In this document: positions 18,601 through 26,793 of the stretch, in pieces
How the letters are laid out: each line of letters opens with the position of its first letter
Numbering within the stretch: the stretch's first letter is position 1
From: an uncultured Rhodopirellula sp.
GTDB lineage: Bacteria > Planctomycetota > Planctomycetia > Pirellulales > Pirellulaceae
DNA: 64,000 nt
NCBI GenBank assembly: GCA_964007735.1
Contig: CAXGAI010000004.1
Span: forward strand, 1 to 64,000
Reading direction: 5' to 3'
The notes under the pieces: model-generated
Databases searched by the model: none
What the model was told of the DNA's origin: nothing
What the model saw: the letters and a program-made list of their open reading frames with translations, nothing else
Made by a program: the position numbers and the translations under genes

Positions 18601-20744
18601 AGGACTCAGTTACTTCCGAATTAGCGGTGGTCCTATTTTCGGTTTGGACGATTATTTCAGTCTTTATGGTGCAGGGCGCATTCACCGGACCTAAAAATGT
18701 CTATGACGCCATTTCCCGGCTAAGTGACTCAAGCTATGTTTATCTTCGCATGATATTTGCTTCTTACTCAGTTCTGGCCTTATTGCGGTTGGTCTCTGTT
18801 CGGGTGAGTCATGTGATTACCGGATTACCAAGACAGCAGAATTCAATTATGTTGCGTTCAGCCCGTTGGCTTGCCAACTTTAGCGTTGTAAGTCTGCTCG
18901 GAGTTTCTTTGGTGGCAATGCTGGGCAAGGTGGGCGATGGAACGGCTGTTTGGATAGAGGTTCAGTATGAATGGGCAGTCCTGTTATTGCCTTTAGTCGC
19001 GATGTACTGTTGTGCCCGTTATGTCAGTTCAGAGCGTTCTTCCACACTAAGCATTTATGCTTACGGTAGCACGCTGGTGGTCACGTTGTTGACTCTATGT
19101 TTTGAGATAGCGGATCACAATACTCATAAATTTGTTTTCTTTATTTGTCTGGCACTTGCCGTGTATCTGGCGGTTTGGGGAGTGATTTATCGTTGGCATG
19201 AGACTGTAGCGTATGGACTTGCCAAAATTGGGATTCGGGATGCCGGACAATGGATGTCTGCCAGCAGACACGTCATCGCGGGATTACAAGTTAGTTTGGG
19301 ATTGATTCTTTTAGCGTGCTCATTCCTTAGCACGTTTTACCTCTCCAATGAAACAGGCATAGAAATTTATCGATATCTCTCGGCTTTGTTGCCGCTGCTG
19401 GTAGTTGTGGGGCTTGAAGTACTACGGGAAACACCGCTCTCCATTGTTCGCCGTCATATTGTGCTGAACGCTCCCTTTGTAGCCGGAATTGTTTTATTGT
19501 GGGCTAATTTGGAGCCTGGTCTTATTGATGCTTCTCAATGGTATCAGCGAATTGGCAGAGTGTTCATATTGACTTCGGTGCTGGCAGTTGGTTTTGTATT
19601 TAGGCTGTCGAATTTAAGTGAGCGGAGTGAGTGGTTCGAGCCATTCCGACGCATTCGTATTAATACAACCGCGACGGCATTAGTGACGTTATTTGTGACT
19701 CTTGTGATTGAAGCTTATTTAAGACTGTCAGATGACTTGAATCCAGGCGCCTATGAAGTGATTGGAATCGCGGTTGGTATTATTGCGATTATTATTACGC
19801 TGCTGACGGTTGGGTTGAATCCAAGCTTGAGTCCGGTCAAGCAGACAAGTTTGAAGGTTCAACAGGCATATGTCTATGTAGCTGAGATATTGATACTTGT
19901 TTTCTTCGGCCATGTTTGGCTGGGTAAGCCGAACTGGTTTGGAGCATTAGGTGAGTACTGGCCATTAGTACTCATGTTGCTCGCTTTTGTTGGCGTCTTT
20001 ATTTCTGAGGTTTTCCGTAAACGGGAAAACCACGTTCTTTCAGAACCGCTTCATAATACGGCCTTTCTGTTACCAATGATTCCGATCCTGACTCTATGGA
20101 TGTTCCCGTCCGAGGGGGGAGGCTTCTTTATCGGTTATCCGGCAATCTTTTTCGGTGCGGCGTTGCTTAACGTGCTAATGGCGTGTTTGCGACGATCGTT
20201 CCTACATTCCGTGATTGCAGCAGTAGCCGGCAATGCCAGTTTATGGATGTTCTTTACTTCCACCGATTCCTTTTCGTTTGCTGATGATCCTCAGTTTTGG
20301 GTGATTCCACCGGCTATATCGATGATCATTGTTGCCCAGATATTTAAAGAGAAACTGACCAAAAAACAGATCTCGCTGATTCGCTATATGTGTTTGACTT
20401 TGATCTATCTCACAGCGAGTTTTCAAATGATTGCTGACTGGGCATCAAGCGACGGCCATATCAACCAAATGCTTTTGTTGGGCGCATTTTCGCTGATTGG
20501 TATTGGGTGCGGTGCAGTCTTTAAAATCCCTCAGTTCATATATCTGGGGATGATTTTCCTAGTGATGACACTGGTATCGATGGTGATTTCGGGAGTTGGA
20601 GCGGTCGATGAGGACTTCAAAAAGATTGTCATGTTCCTGACGGTGATTCTGGTGGGTGTCTTGATTCTGCTGGTGATTATCTTACGAGATAAATTCGAAA
20701 AACAGCTCAAGGGTTGGATTGAACGCATGGACTCGTGGGAATAG
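12603..20744 (+). CDS. Giant (2713 aa) polytopic membrane protein with N-terminal zinc ribbon and Pro-rich linker; function unknown
   Basis: An 8.1-kb uninterrupted ORF with CSECG...FCSKCG, a P/K/S-rich linker, then dozens of hydrophobic segments. Confidence 0.85.
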   Translation: MQLATHFGPIAILGLLEFLFGDGTCCFFLVVIVIVIIAILASRVKAATDKPCSECGHGNERDARFCSKCGDALGSAKTSKSFYPNLKLRIANWKKWGWISDDAHKRLQELNEADELVFLGRRPETLSYMVSQSGVAPSQAPAEPIDDEETTKTADASSTASNTETPAEDPVVEQANPVVKPSDSESSQTEPMNPLAPKPVVPKPVVPKPAAALPKPSRPRIKPKSSKPLSPSPKPTKSPVKPKISSPIDAAPSKPIKDVKPVVAVPVPPPRPPRRLSDVLRAFMDESNIKLGEFVAGLLIVIGSIGLVTALNATFQDKIPYLSSVVFLTVVTLFHVIGIYSFKKWNLVSSSRVILIIGNLLIPLNVLMTTMGNTSIQNNGIIFILAVLIAGVSFGAMSFYSAKLLSPQRPWSLIIALMGPCLCQLIIKLSVTVADFKTSVFNTNVLILLPLAFISLAVLSEHRYFRKTKEVSPDDAFSLLRVLGMGVFSLGACIALLFARTSTENGIELSQTLSNPLMILCFIVVSSGMLIYRRIDSDDSLKLQMAGMWMAVTGTMGIVIMMLLAVPHINSMITVSFVGAVLALIFGYVTRITFLTAAGTLCIGLGIWSRYLGYLHSEKEVLDLLELRTSLIDGMTSIIFTITALLTGALHYIFEKVENRERPEFSKAGYLGVLILAGIGLLSAFGSNLPFFASENSDLTLAVFLIYAVAALVASLFTSKKLVHYVATGLVIVTSLKLANADFVESWGWLPEENWLGRLTVMGWAFLTAYVVTMIAQWSLQKARAEKMAKSGNLISDFESNWPLTMTTLSYFVVMALNFFYLYLDQQSYQVAVGQSLLLLGVAVILAIRHRTDWTWMFVQIQTICAIACITTLIHEGWDDKFDFWRWEHLRWQMIVLAVGMLGWTAVRKVSQQSQHLKDVVVTDLMYVDFFLHALATTIVYVIWVLMLVSPLQSVYENSRFLEEILQFYGSSSVSEPQDWILWALNLLAWICVIPDRHRRVSSFCGLLTLSALPILASTNMAHVSANEINGMDLIHYLKWGYGIFGVIVTALVCTDRYWWQALEEKFPRLMANQDQKSSGEYAEYTWMALRIVSFIAASLPVVILTAAHFAYTSSVSGIGTKDNLTVLLQSEQNTLAAMWNFGGPFFLLVISAWICAVRSLRPLYLMAAFPMWVLGWMFFSLIPLWTDGADLNFPTAFESAKWALIGIGIYGFAWSAAGLKADGKRRQQLFQTSAASNFVYFITACGVCLYALVVNLDAFVVIQEVQSAAEWEGWRLAFANPSSFLCVVLLPTVCWMFNRVSNDDRGVSFVLIGTVAFNATIAHLAVSEASSPGTSVLFFQTIGWMVAMFACVIGFATCLKLGKFKVESEESHWLTVGRVQGRWVGWVWALACVIYVAFAICWSMPESGSTSVGITYDDGLLLSLMTLVVLLSITMSQLVQNGTTITMSLLLMFPLAVLASLKLVSLTMVDLESLSSGLVANVPKILEGNNLPLGRMIIAGFAVYVIATSFIQSQCQRWLDFSAHKEQITLTVLRGLMTLCVSLLVIHSLAAFWALPHNPKLGWFEFDFEWGIVLLTLIGLQVSSQVLQFDRLISLLYFFGFSIATTCLIYQFDPKVNWSLADRQIYQFAFWMILAGYIAFWGLLYRFNQFSTGVLEKLRLPGASELLGCNQHRIARLQFYLGVIVSMVALLSTFYLSGLDEEVTSYRYLASIAPLLVIIGLDSLRSTSLDRYRQHFTLNLPLLSLTILLWAGINQDLTNIASWYHRSARMFIAFAILGSLSYFTYRKMNIPRWKAAVEQWLANVAVIACVSIVLSLVLETAIYSSSGTLHGVIEDFELVGISIGLVCAVLTLAYIGLRPEFDQSSGDYRIVRPMMTFLSMIFLSVLFGHLEMASSTDGVRFAQMLGWIVLLVASLVWLTLIVKRQIVVRVDESRQWTNLANFGGIWILWMTFLSAILVAGCLYFFGQSPAEVWFRSYFLHWFILSLVVFLYLLFSSIHQDSVTSELAVVLFSVWTIISVFMVQGAFTGPKNVYDAISRLSDSSYVYLRMIFASYSVLALLRLVSVRVSHVITGLPRQQNSIMLRSARWLANFSVVSLLGVSLVAMLGKVGDGTAVWIEVQYEWAVLLLPLVAMYCCARYVSSERSSTLSIYAYGSTLVVTLLTLCFEIADHNTHKFVFFICLALAVYLAVWGVIYRWHETVAYGLAKIGIRDAGQWMSASRHVIAGLQVSLGLILLACSFLSTFYLSNETGIEIYRYLSALLPLLVVVGLEVLRETPLSIVRRHIVLNAPFVAGIVLLWANLEPGLIDASQWYQRIGRVFILTSVLAVGFVFRLSNLSERSEWFEPFRRIRINTTATALVTLFVTLVIEAYLRLSDDLNPGAYEVIGIAVGIIAIIITLLTVGLNPSLSPVKQTSLKVQQAYVYVAEILILVFFGHVWLGKPNWFGALGEYWPLVLMLLAFVGVFISEVFRKRENHVLSEPLHNTAFLLPMIPILTLWMFPSEGGGFFIGYPAIFFGAALLNVLMACLRRSFLHSVIAAVAGNASLWMFFTSTDSFSFADDPQFWVIPPAISMIIVAQIFKEKLTKKQISLIRYMCLTLIYLTASFQMIADWASSDGHINQMLLLGAFSLIGIGCGAVFKIPQFIYLGMIFLVMTLVSMVISGVGAVDEDFKKIVMFLTVILVGVLILLVIILRDKFEKQLKGWIERMDSWE
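13191..13230 (+). repeat. In-frame 15-bp tandem repeat (CCCAAGCCAGTAGTA x2.7) encoding PKPVV
   Basis: Exact copies read directly from the sequence. Confidence 0.9.
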
Positions 20745-20828
20745 TGATTGCCTACTATCCGGCAAAATGTGTCTTAAGCATAATACATGTTTACGCCAAA
20801 AGATCATTAGCTGAATGGAATGTGAATC

Positions 20829-21731
20829 ATGACCGTTAGTGGATTAATTCCTGCTGTCCACACCCCTTTGAATGCGTCCGGGGAATTAAACCTCGAGATT
20901 GTTGAGCAGCAGGCGCAACGTTGTGTGGAGACAGAGTGCGGAGGGGTTTATGTGGCAGGAACCACCGGTGAATGTCATAGCCTTTCTCCGGATGAACGCC
21001 TGACTTTGTTTCAGCGATGGGGTGAAGTCGTCAAAGGAACCGACTTGTCTTTGATTTGCCATGTTGGAGATAATTCAATGCCCGTGGCTAAAGCATTAGC
21101 CGCAGCCAGTCAGGCTGCCGGGGCTGATGCCATTGCTTCGATGGCGCCATGTTTCTTTAGGCCTGACAGTATTGATGGTCTACTCCCCTATTTGAAGGAG
21201 ATATCTTCCGCAGCACCCGAGACTCCGTTTTATTTTTACGATATTCCGGTCATGACGCATGTTGAAGTTTCCATGATCGAATTACTGGAACGAGCAAAGA
21301 CTGAGTTCCCAAATCTGGCGGGCCTCAAGTTCACCAACGGAAATCTGATGGATTTGCAAACATTATTGCGGGTTGATCCGGAACGCTACAACATTTTATT
21401 TGGATTTGATGAAATGCTTTCTGCTGCCTGGCTTTATGGAGTTCGGGGAGCCGTAGGATCGACTTACAATCACTTTGCGAAATTATATAACGCGATTGTT
21501 GCGGCCGTAGAAGCTGGCGATAATTCTCGTGTTCAGAAAATGCAGAATCTTAGTGTCGAGATTATTCGTGCTTTTCAAAAGCCTGGATTCGCGGCCGCTT
21601 CGAAAGAAGCGATGGCGTTTTTCGGAGTGGATTGCGGGACGGTTCGGTCTCCACTTCAACCACTCAGTGACCCGCAGCGAACTGAGTTGCGACAAACACT
21701 GGAGTCCCTTGGAGCCATGGATTGGGCCTAG
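20829..21731 (+). CDS. DHDPS-family aldolase, N-acetylneuraminate lyase-like
   Basis: GTTGE, FYFYDIP, Schiff-base Lys in GLKFT, GFDE and GAVGSTYN. Confidence 0.85.
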   Translation: MTVSGLIPAVHTPLNASGELNLEIVEQQAQRCVETECGGVYVAGTTGECHSLSPDERLTLFQRWGEVVKGTDLSLICHVGDNSMPVAKALAAASQAAGADAIASMAPCFFRPDSIDGLLPYLKEISSAAPETPFYFYDIPVMTHVEVSMIELLERAKTEFPNLAGLKFTNGNLMDLQTLLRVDPERYNILFGFDEMLSAAWLYGVRGAVGSTYNHFAKLYNAIVAAVEAGDNSRVQKMQNLSVEIIRAFQKPGFAAASKEAMAFFGVDCGTVRSPLQPLSDPQRTELRQTLESLGAMDWA

Positions 21732-21762
21732 CCTTAATAAGTCCGGACAATAGGGAGAAACC

Positions 21763-23034
21763 ATGACACTTTATTATGCTGCCGGTTCACCGACGACGGA
21801 GATTTCGGACGAGCAGATGCGTGAAGCATTGCACCTGGTTCTTGAACAACTGGGTGAACGTAAGAAAGTTCTTACACTACCGCCTGACTTTACTCGGTAC
21901 AACAGTCGGGCTGGCCAGTTAACCTGTATGGCCTACGAATTTTACGGCTCGGCCATGACCGATATTATGCCGGCTTTAGGGACACATGTTCCTATGCCGG
22001 AGTGGCAACTCGATAAAATGTTTCCCGGAGTGCCTCATGATCTGATCCGGCCGCATCGCTGGCGGGACGATGTCGTTACTATTGGTGAGGTTCCCACTGA
22101 GTTTGTCTCAGAAGTAACCGAGGGTATCTGGCAACAACCCTGGCCGGCTCAACTCAATAAATTGGTTTGGGAAGGTGGTCATGATCTGATTCTTTCTATA
22201 GGACAGGTGGTGCCTCATGAAGTGATTGGTATGGCCAATTACAACAAGAATATCTTTGTCGGGACTGGTGGCTCTAAAGGAATTAATGAAAGCCACTTTA
22301 TCGGTGCTGCCTATGGTATGGAACGGATGATGGGCCGAGCCAATACCCCGCTTAGGAAGATCTTAAATTACGCTCAGGATCAATTCTGCCGGAATTTGCC
22401 ACTGTTGTATGTACTCACCGTCGTGGGTGCACGTCAGGATGGCTCGTTAGTCACACGTGGACTTTTTATCGGTGACCATCATGATTGTTTTGAACAGGCT
22501 TGTGAGCTGTCTGTGCAGGTAAACTTTACTAAACTTGATGAGCCGCTTGATAAAGTCGTGGTGTATCTTGACCCGGAAGAATTTCACAGTACCTGGCTTG
22601 GAAATAAGTCTATATATAGAACCAGAATGGCTATCGCTGACGAAGGTGAATTAATCGTTTTAGCTCCTAAGGTGGGGATTTTTGGAGAAGATCCTCAAAT
22701 TGACACCTTGATTCGCAAATATGGATATCGTACGACTCCGGAGATCATGAAGTTTATGGAAGAGAACGAGGACTTGCGGGCAAATCTATCCGCAGCCGCT
22801 CATCTAATCCATGGTTCGTCCGAAGGACGGTTCTCCGTTACTTACTGTCCGGGTGAGTTAACACGTGAAGAGGTTGAATCGGTTGGATATCAGTATGGGG
22901 ATCTTGATGCGATGTTGCAGCGATACGCGGCAGAAGATCTACGCGATGGCTGGAACGAAACCGCCGATGGAGAGCGATTTTACTTCATTGGTAACCCGGC
23001 TCTTGGCTTATGGGCTCATAAGGATCGGCTGTGA
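21763..23034 (+). CDS. Lactate racemase (LarA/DUF2088) homolog, probable alpha-hydroxyacid/sugar-acid epimerase
   Basis: PDFTR, ALGTH, VVPHE...NYNK, ESH and GNK positions matching LarA catalytic and cofactor-binding residues. Confidence 0.82.
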   Translation: MTLYYAAGSPTTEISDEQMREALHLVLEQLGERKKVLTLPPDFTRYNSRAGQLTCMAYEFYGSAMTDIMPALGTHVPMPEWQLDKMFPGVPHDLIRPHRWRDDVVTIGEVPTEFVSEVTEGIWQQPWPAQLNKLVWEGGHDLILSIGQVVPHEVIGMANYNKNIFVGTGGSKGINESHFIGAAYGMERMMGRANTPLRKILNYAQDQFCRNLPLLYVLTVVGARQDGSLVTRGLFIGDHHDCFEQACELSVQVNFTKLDEPLDKVVVYLDPEEFHSTWLGNKSIYRTRMAIADEGELIVLAPKVGIFGEDPQIDTLIRKYGYRTTPEIMKFMEENEDLRANLSAAAHLIHGSSEGRFSVTYCPGELTREEVESVGYQYGDLDAMLQRYAAEDLRDGWNETADGERFYFIGNPALGLWAHKDRL

Positions 23035-23097
23035 GCCAGTTCTTAGAGTGGTATACTAAACCCTCGAATTGACAAGAACTTCAGAGGACATGTTTGA

Positions 23098-23778
23098 ATG
23101 CTTCGCTTACTAACCGTAATGGCTCTTACAATTGTTTCTTCAACATCCTTTGCACAGCAGAAGTCGAATGTACTTTCATCTTCTCTGGATTATTGGGTAA
23201 CCTCCGCGGGCGAGCCAGTTACCAAAGGATGGAAGATTGAAGCCGATAACACTTTATTGTGCGAAGGCAAAGGGTCAGGAATTCTATTGTCCAAACACCA
23301 GTATCGTGACTTTTCTTTGACTTGGGAATGGATGCTGACAGACAAAGGCAACAGTGGTATCAAATACCGAGTCCGTCAGTATGATAATTCCTGGTTGGGC
23401 TGTGAGTATCAAATGCTGGATGACGAGAATTATGGAACGGATCCGTTTTCATTGAATGCCACAGCTTCGCTGTATGCCATTTGGGAACCAGCAGGTGAAA
23501 AGAAACTGAACCCCGGTGGTGAGTGGAATCAAAGTCGGATTATTGTTAAAGGTAATCGTGTTCGACATTATCTCAATGGTGAACTGATGGTGGATGGTCG
23601 GATTGGTTCGAAAGACTGGAAGCAACGCGTCGCTGCCAGCAAATTTAAGAATCGTGAAGATTTCGGTTTGAACCGAAATGGTCTGATCATGTTGACCGAG
23701 CATGGAAATCCAACGTGGTTCCGGAATATTGTCATCACCGAACTGGGACCACTTTCATCGGGACGTACCAAACGTTAA
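23098..23778 (+). CDS. DUF1080 (3-keto-glycoside hydrolase-like) secreted protein
   Basis: Signal peptide; GNSGIKY, EYQMLD, GEWN and EHG..WFRNI. Confidence 0.88.
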   Translation: MLRLLTVMALTIVSSTSFAQQKSNVLSSSLDYWVTSAGEPVTKGWKIEADNTLLCEGKGSGILLSKHQYRDFSLTWEWMLTDKGNSGIKYRVRQYDNSWLGCEYQMLDDENYGTDPFSLNATASLYAIWEPAGEKKLNPGGEWNQSRIIVKGNRVRHYLNGELMVDGRIGSKDWKQRVAASKFKNREDFGLNRNGLIMLTEHGNPTWFRNIVITELGPLSSGRTKR

Positions 23779-23793
23779 TAGCCAATAGAAGTT

Positions 23794-24780
23794 ATGACCT
23801 CACTGCCCATCTATACGATTTCTATCGGTGATCCTGCCGGGATTGGTCCCGAAGTCACGGTAAAAGCATGTCGCGACGAATCCCTACATGCCTTGGGCCG
23901 TTGGGTTATTGTCGGTGAGGCATGGCAGGTCCTGGATCTTGCTAAACAATATGATCTGCATGTTGATCAGGTCATCCACTCGATTGATGAACTTGCCGGG
24001 GATGCCAGTGTAGCTGTTCTTGATGCGGACCTGATTTCTAGGGAAGAAGTTAAAACCGGTCAGATCAGTGCTGCTTGTGGACATGCTTCCATTAATTATG
24101 TTAAGCGGGCCGCGGAGTTATGTATTGCCGGTAAGAGTAAAGCGATGGTGACCGGTCCGATTAGTAAAGAAGCGGTGGCTGCTTCCGGGATCGAAGGATT
24201 TTGTGGGCATACCGAATATATTACGGAACTTTGTGGGCTCGACACTTGCCGCATGATGCTTTGGAATAAGACAGTGTGTGTGATTCATGTTTCCACGCAT
24301 TGTAGTCTCTTCGATGCAGTTACCAAGCTGGATCAACTGCGTATCCTTGAGACGATTGAAATAGGTTATCAGGCAATGCTCGATCTGGGGTTTGAAAATC
24401 CTCGTTTATGTATCTGCGGGCTTAATCCCCACGCCGGTGAAAATGGCATGTTTGGCAGGGAAGAAATTGAACTCATTATTCCAGCGGTCGAGCAGGCTCA
24501 AGCTCAGGGAATCGATGTTACCGGCCCGTACCCGGCAGACACTCTGTTTATGCAGGCGGTCCGAGGTAAGTGTGATATGGTCATTGCTATGTATCATGAT
24601 CAGGGGCACGTCCCGATGAAGCTTTATGACTTTGAACACACGGTCAATGTCACATTGGGACTACCAATCGTGCGTTGTAGCGTTGATCACGGTACTGCCT
24701 TCGACATTGCAGGGCAGGGGATTGCTGATCCGGTTGATATGCAAACGGCAATGAAGTTGGCCGTAAGTTTGACTTCGTAA
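23794..24780 (+). CDS. pdxA: PdxA-family 4-phosphohydroxy-acid dehydrogenase (PdxA/PdxA2)
   Basis: GDPAGIGPE, GHTEY, NPHAGE, MYHDQG and SVDHGTAFDIAG. Confidence 0.88.
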   Translation: MTSLPIYTISIGDPAGIGPEVTVKACRDESLHALGRWVIVGEAWQVLDLAKQYDLHVDQVIHSIDELAGDASVAVLDADLISREEVKTGQISAACGHASINYVKRAAELCIAGKSKAMVTGPISKEAVAASGIEGFCGHTEYITELCGLDTCRMMLWNKTVCVIHVSTHCSLFDAVTKLDQLRILETIEIGYQAMLDLGFENPRLCICGLNPHAGENGMFGREEIELIIPAVEQAQAQGIDVTGPYPADTLFMQAVRGKCDMVIAMYHDQGHVPMKLYDFEHTVNVTLGLPIVRCSVDHGTAFDIAGQGIADPVDMQTAMKLAVSLTS

Positions 24781-24798
24781 TCTGATGCTTTGATAAGT

Positions 24799-25266
24799 CT
24801 AGTACGTGAAGACCATCGTATCGCTACCAAGTTGTTTAAATAGCTTTGGCTTATCAGTGACAAATGCATCGTCGATGATGTCCTCTGCCGTAATGCTCAG
24901 GTCTTTCATGCAGACTGGGCAGACATGCAGTTCTGCACCGCGGCTCTTCAGTGTTTGAAGTTGTTGAATCATGGGAGCATGTTCCTGATACTTGTAGGCC
25001 GCATCAAAACTGGTGGTCGGCAGGGTGACCCCTTTGACGTTAAAGAAGATCGCCACTTCATAGCCCTCGTCCAAACAGAATCCGGCAAAGATCAGCCCCA
25101 TGTTGACAGATTGAGGATCAGTCAATGGATCACTGGTAAGACTGATGACTGCGACTTTGGTATCCCTGTTGCCGACGCCCGGATTGGATTGTTCGACGTT
25201 TGTTTGGCATCCGGAAAGTACAAGCAACAGGATGCAAAAGACAGATGAAGTGACAAAGCGTTGCAT
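24799..25266 (-). CDS. DsrE-family lipoprotein
   Basis: Lipobox LSGC; V.IFFNVKGV and LHVCPVC typical of the DsrE/F-like fold. Confidence 0.75.
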   Translation of the reverse strand: MQRFVTSSVFCILLLVLSGCQTNVEQSNPGVGNRDTKVAVISLTSDPLTDPQSVNMGLIFAGFCLDEGYEVAIFFNVKGVTLPTTSFDAAYKYQEHAPMIQQLQTLKSRGAELHVCPVCMKDLSITAEDIIDDAFVTDKPKLFKQLGSDTMVFTY

Positions 25267-25712
25267 ATTAAAAGGTTCCTCAGATCGAATTGGTAGGTAA
25301 TCTCCATTTATAACATGATGTAGTGCGCATGCTGGTATCTTGCCGAATCCTTATTTACTTAAAATCAGTGTTTTAGATATTTGGCCACGGGCTGATGGCC
25401 AGAACCCACAGAAGCCTTGGTTTTTCCGGTTGGATTTCCGATTCATAAGCTAGAAAAGCGGCGTTTTTGAGTGTAATGGGGTTTAGTGGCTCTGTTTTCA
25501 GGTGTAATAGGATCAATGTGAACTTACCGTATTGATCAAGCGACTTATAATAATAATTAGATTGCAAACAGGTTGGGATTTATCTTTTATCGGTTTGTCA
25601 TTATCTTTTAGTTTTACCGGATATTGGTATCTACCTCTGAAAACCGAGCGCGGCCATTTGTCCTTATTAAATTCCCCCCAACGGGCCTGTGCTTTAGGCG
25701 CTAAACACATCA

Positions 25713-26669
25713 ATGTCTGACGTTATCGACTCAAAAGAATTACCGAACGCAAGTTCAAAAGTAGAGATTGACTGGGTGCGTTGCATCCCGTTTTATCTTC
25801 TTCACGTAAGCGCGATCAGCGTCTTCTTTGTTGAGTTTAGTTGGATGGCGGTCATTATGACGCTGTTGATGTACTTTCCCCGGATGTTTGGGTTGACGGG
25901 ATTCTATCATCGATATTTCGCACATCGAGCTTTTAAAACTTCACGGTGGTTTCAGTTTGTCGGTGCGGTTTTAGGTGGAGCTGCGATTCAGCGAGGAGCG
26001 CTGTGGTGGGCATCTCATCATCGCGATCATCATCGACATAGTGATACAGAAAAAGATATTCACAGCCCAAAACAAACCGGCTTTTTCTACAGCCACATGG
26101 GCTGGTTTATGACGAAAAAAAACTTTGATTTTAAGGCCAACAGAATCAAGGATTTCACGAAGTATCCTGAATTAGTGTTCATTAATAAACATGATGTTTT
26201 AATTCCGGTCTTGTTCTTTATCTTTTGTTATTTTCTAGGCCATTTTTGGAATGGTGTATTTGGGATTACGGAAGATTCTACTTGGGCACTGAGTGGCTGG
26301 CAGGTTGTGGCTTATGGATTTTGTTTGGGAACGGTATTACTGTATCACAGTACGTTTTTTGTAAATTCTCTGGCGCACGTTTGGGGAACTCGTCCCTACA
26401 AAACAACAGACACTAGCCGCAATAATCTACTGATTGCCATTTTGACGATGGGCGAGGGCTGGCACAATAATCACCACCATTTCCAGTCTTCGGCTCGAAA
26501 TGGATTTCGGTGGTATCAGATCGATGCCACGTATATGATTCTCAAGCTACTTTCTTTTGTCGGTATCGTGTGGGATTTGAAGCCAGTGCCGAAACACGTT
26601 GTGCATCGAACGGCAAAAGCTGAAGCCGATCTTGCTCAGCAGGAAACAGAAAGTTCTACAGCCGTTTAG
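25713..26669 (+). CDS. Delta-9 acyl-CoA/acyl-lipid desaturase
   Basis: His boxes HRYFAH, HRDHH and GEGWHNNHH; VNSLAH. Confidence 0.93.
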   Translation: MSDVIDSKELPNASSKVEIDWVRCIPFYLLHVSAISVFFVEFSWMAVIMTLLMYFPRMFGLTGFYHRYFAHRAFKTSRWFQFVGAVLGGAAIQRGALWWASHHRDHHRHSDTEKDIHSPKQTGFFYSHMGWFMTKKNFDFKANRIKDFTKYPELVFINKHDVLIPVLFFIFCYFLGHFWNGVFGITEDSTWALSGWQVVAYGFCLGTVLLYHSTFFVNSLAHVWGTRPYKTTDTSRNNLLIAILTMGEGWHNNHHHFQSSARNGFRWYQIDATYMILKLLSFVGIVWDLKPVPKHVVHRTAKAEADLAQQETESSTAV

Positions 26670-26731
26670 CTTATAGAATGATCGTTGGAATTGCGGCGAT
26701 TTTCCGTTGAAGGCAGGCGTTTACCAGAATC

Positions 26732-26769
26732 AAAAAAACCCATCCGTGTACGATGCACGAATGGGTTTT
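26732..26769. terminator. Bidirectional intrinsic terminator between desaturase and FAH genes
   Basis: AAAAAAACCCAT-CCGTGTA-CGA-TGCACGA-ATGGGTTTT hairpin between convergent genes. Confidence 0.8.
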
Positions 26770-26793
26770 AGAGTGAGATGCTGACTGAATTCC

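Noticed and set aside
25373..25720. Three 62-66-aa ORFs in the DsrE-desaturase spacer
   Set aside because: Mutually overlapping, AT-rich and motif-free; more likely promoter DNA.
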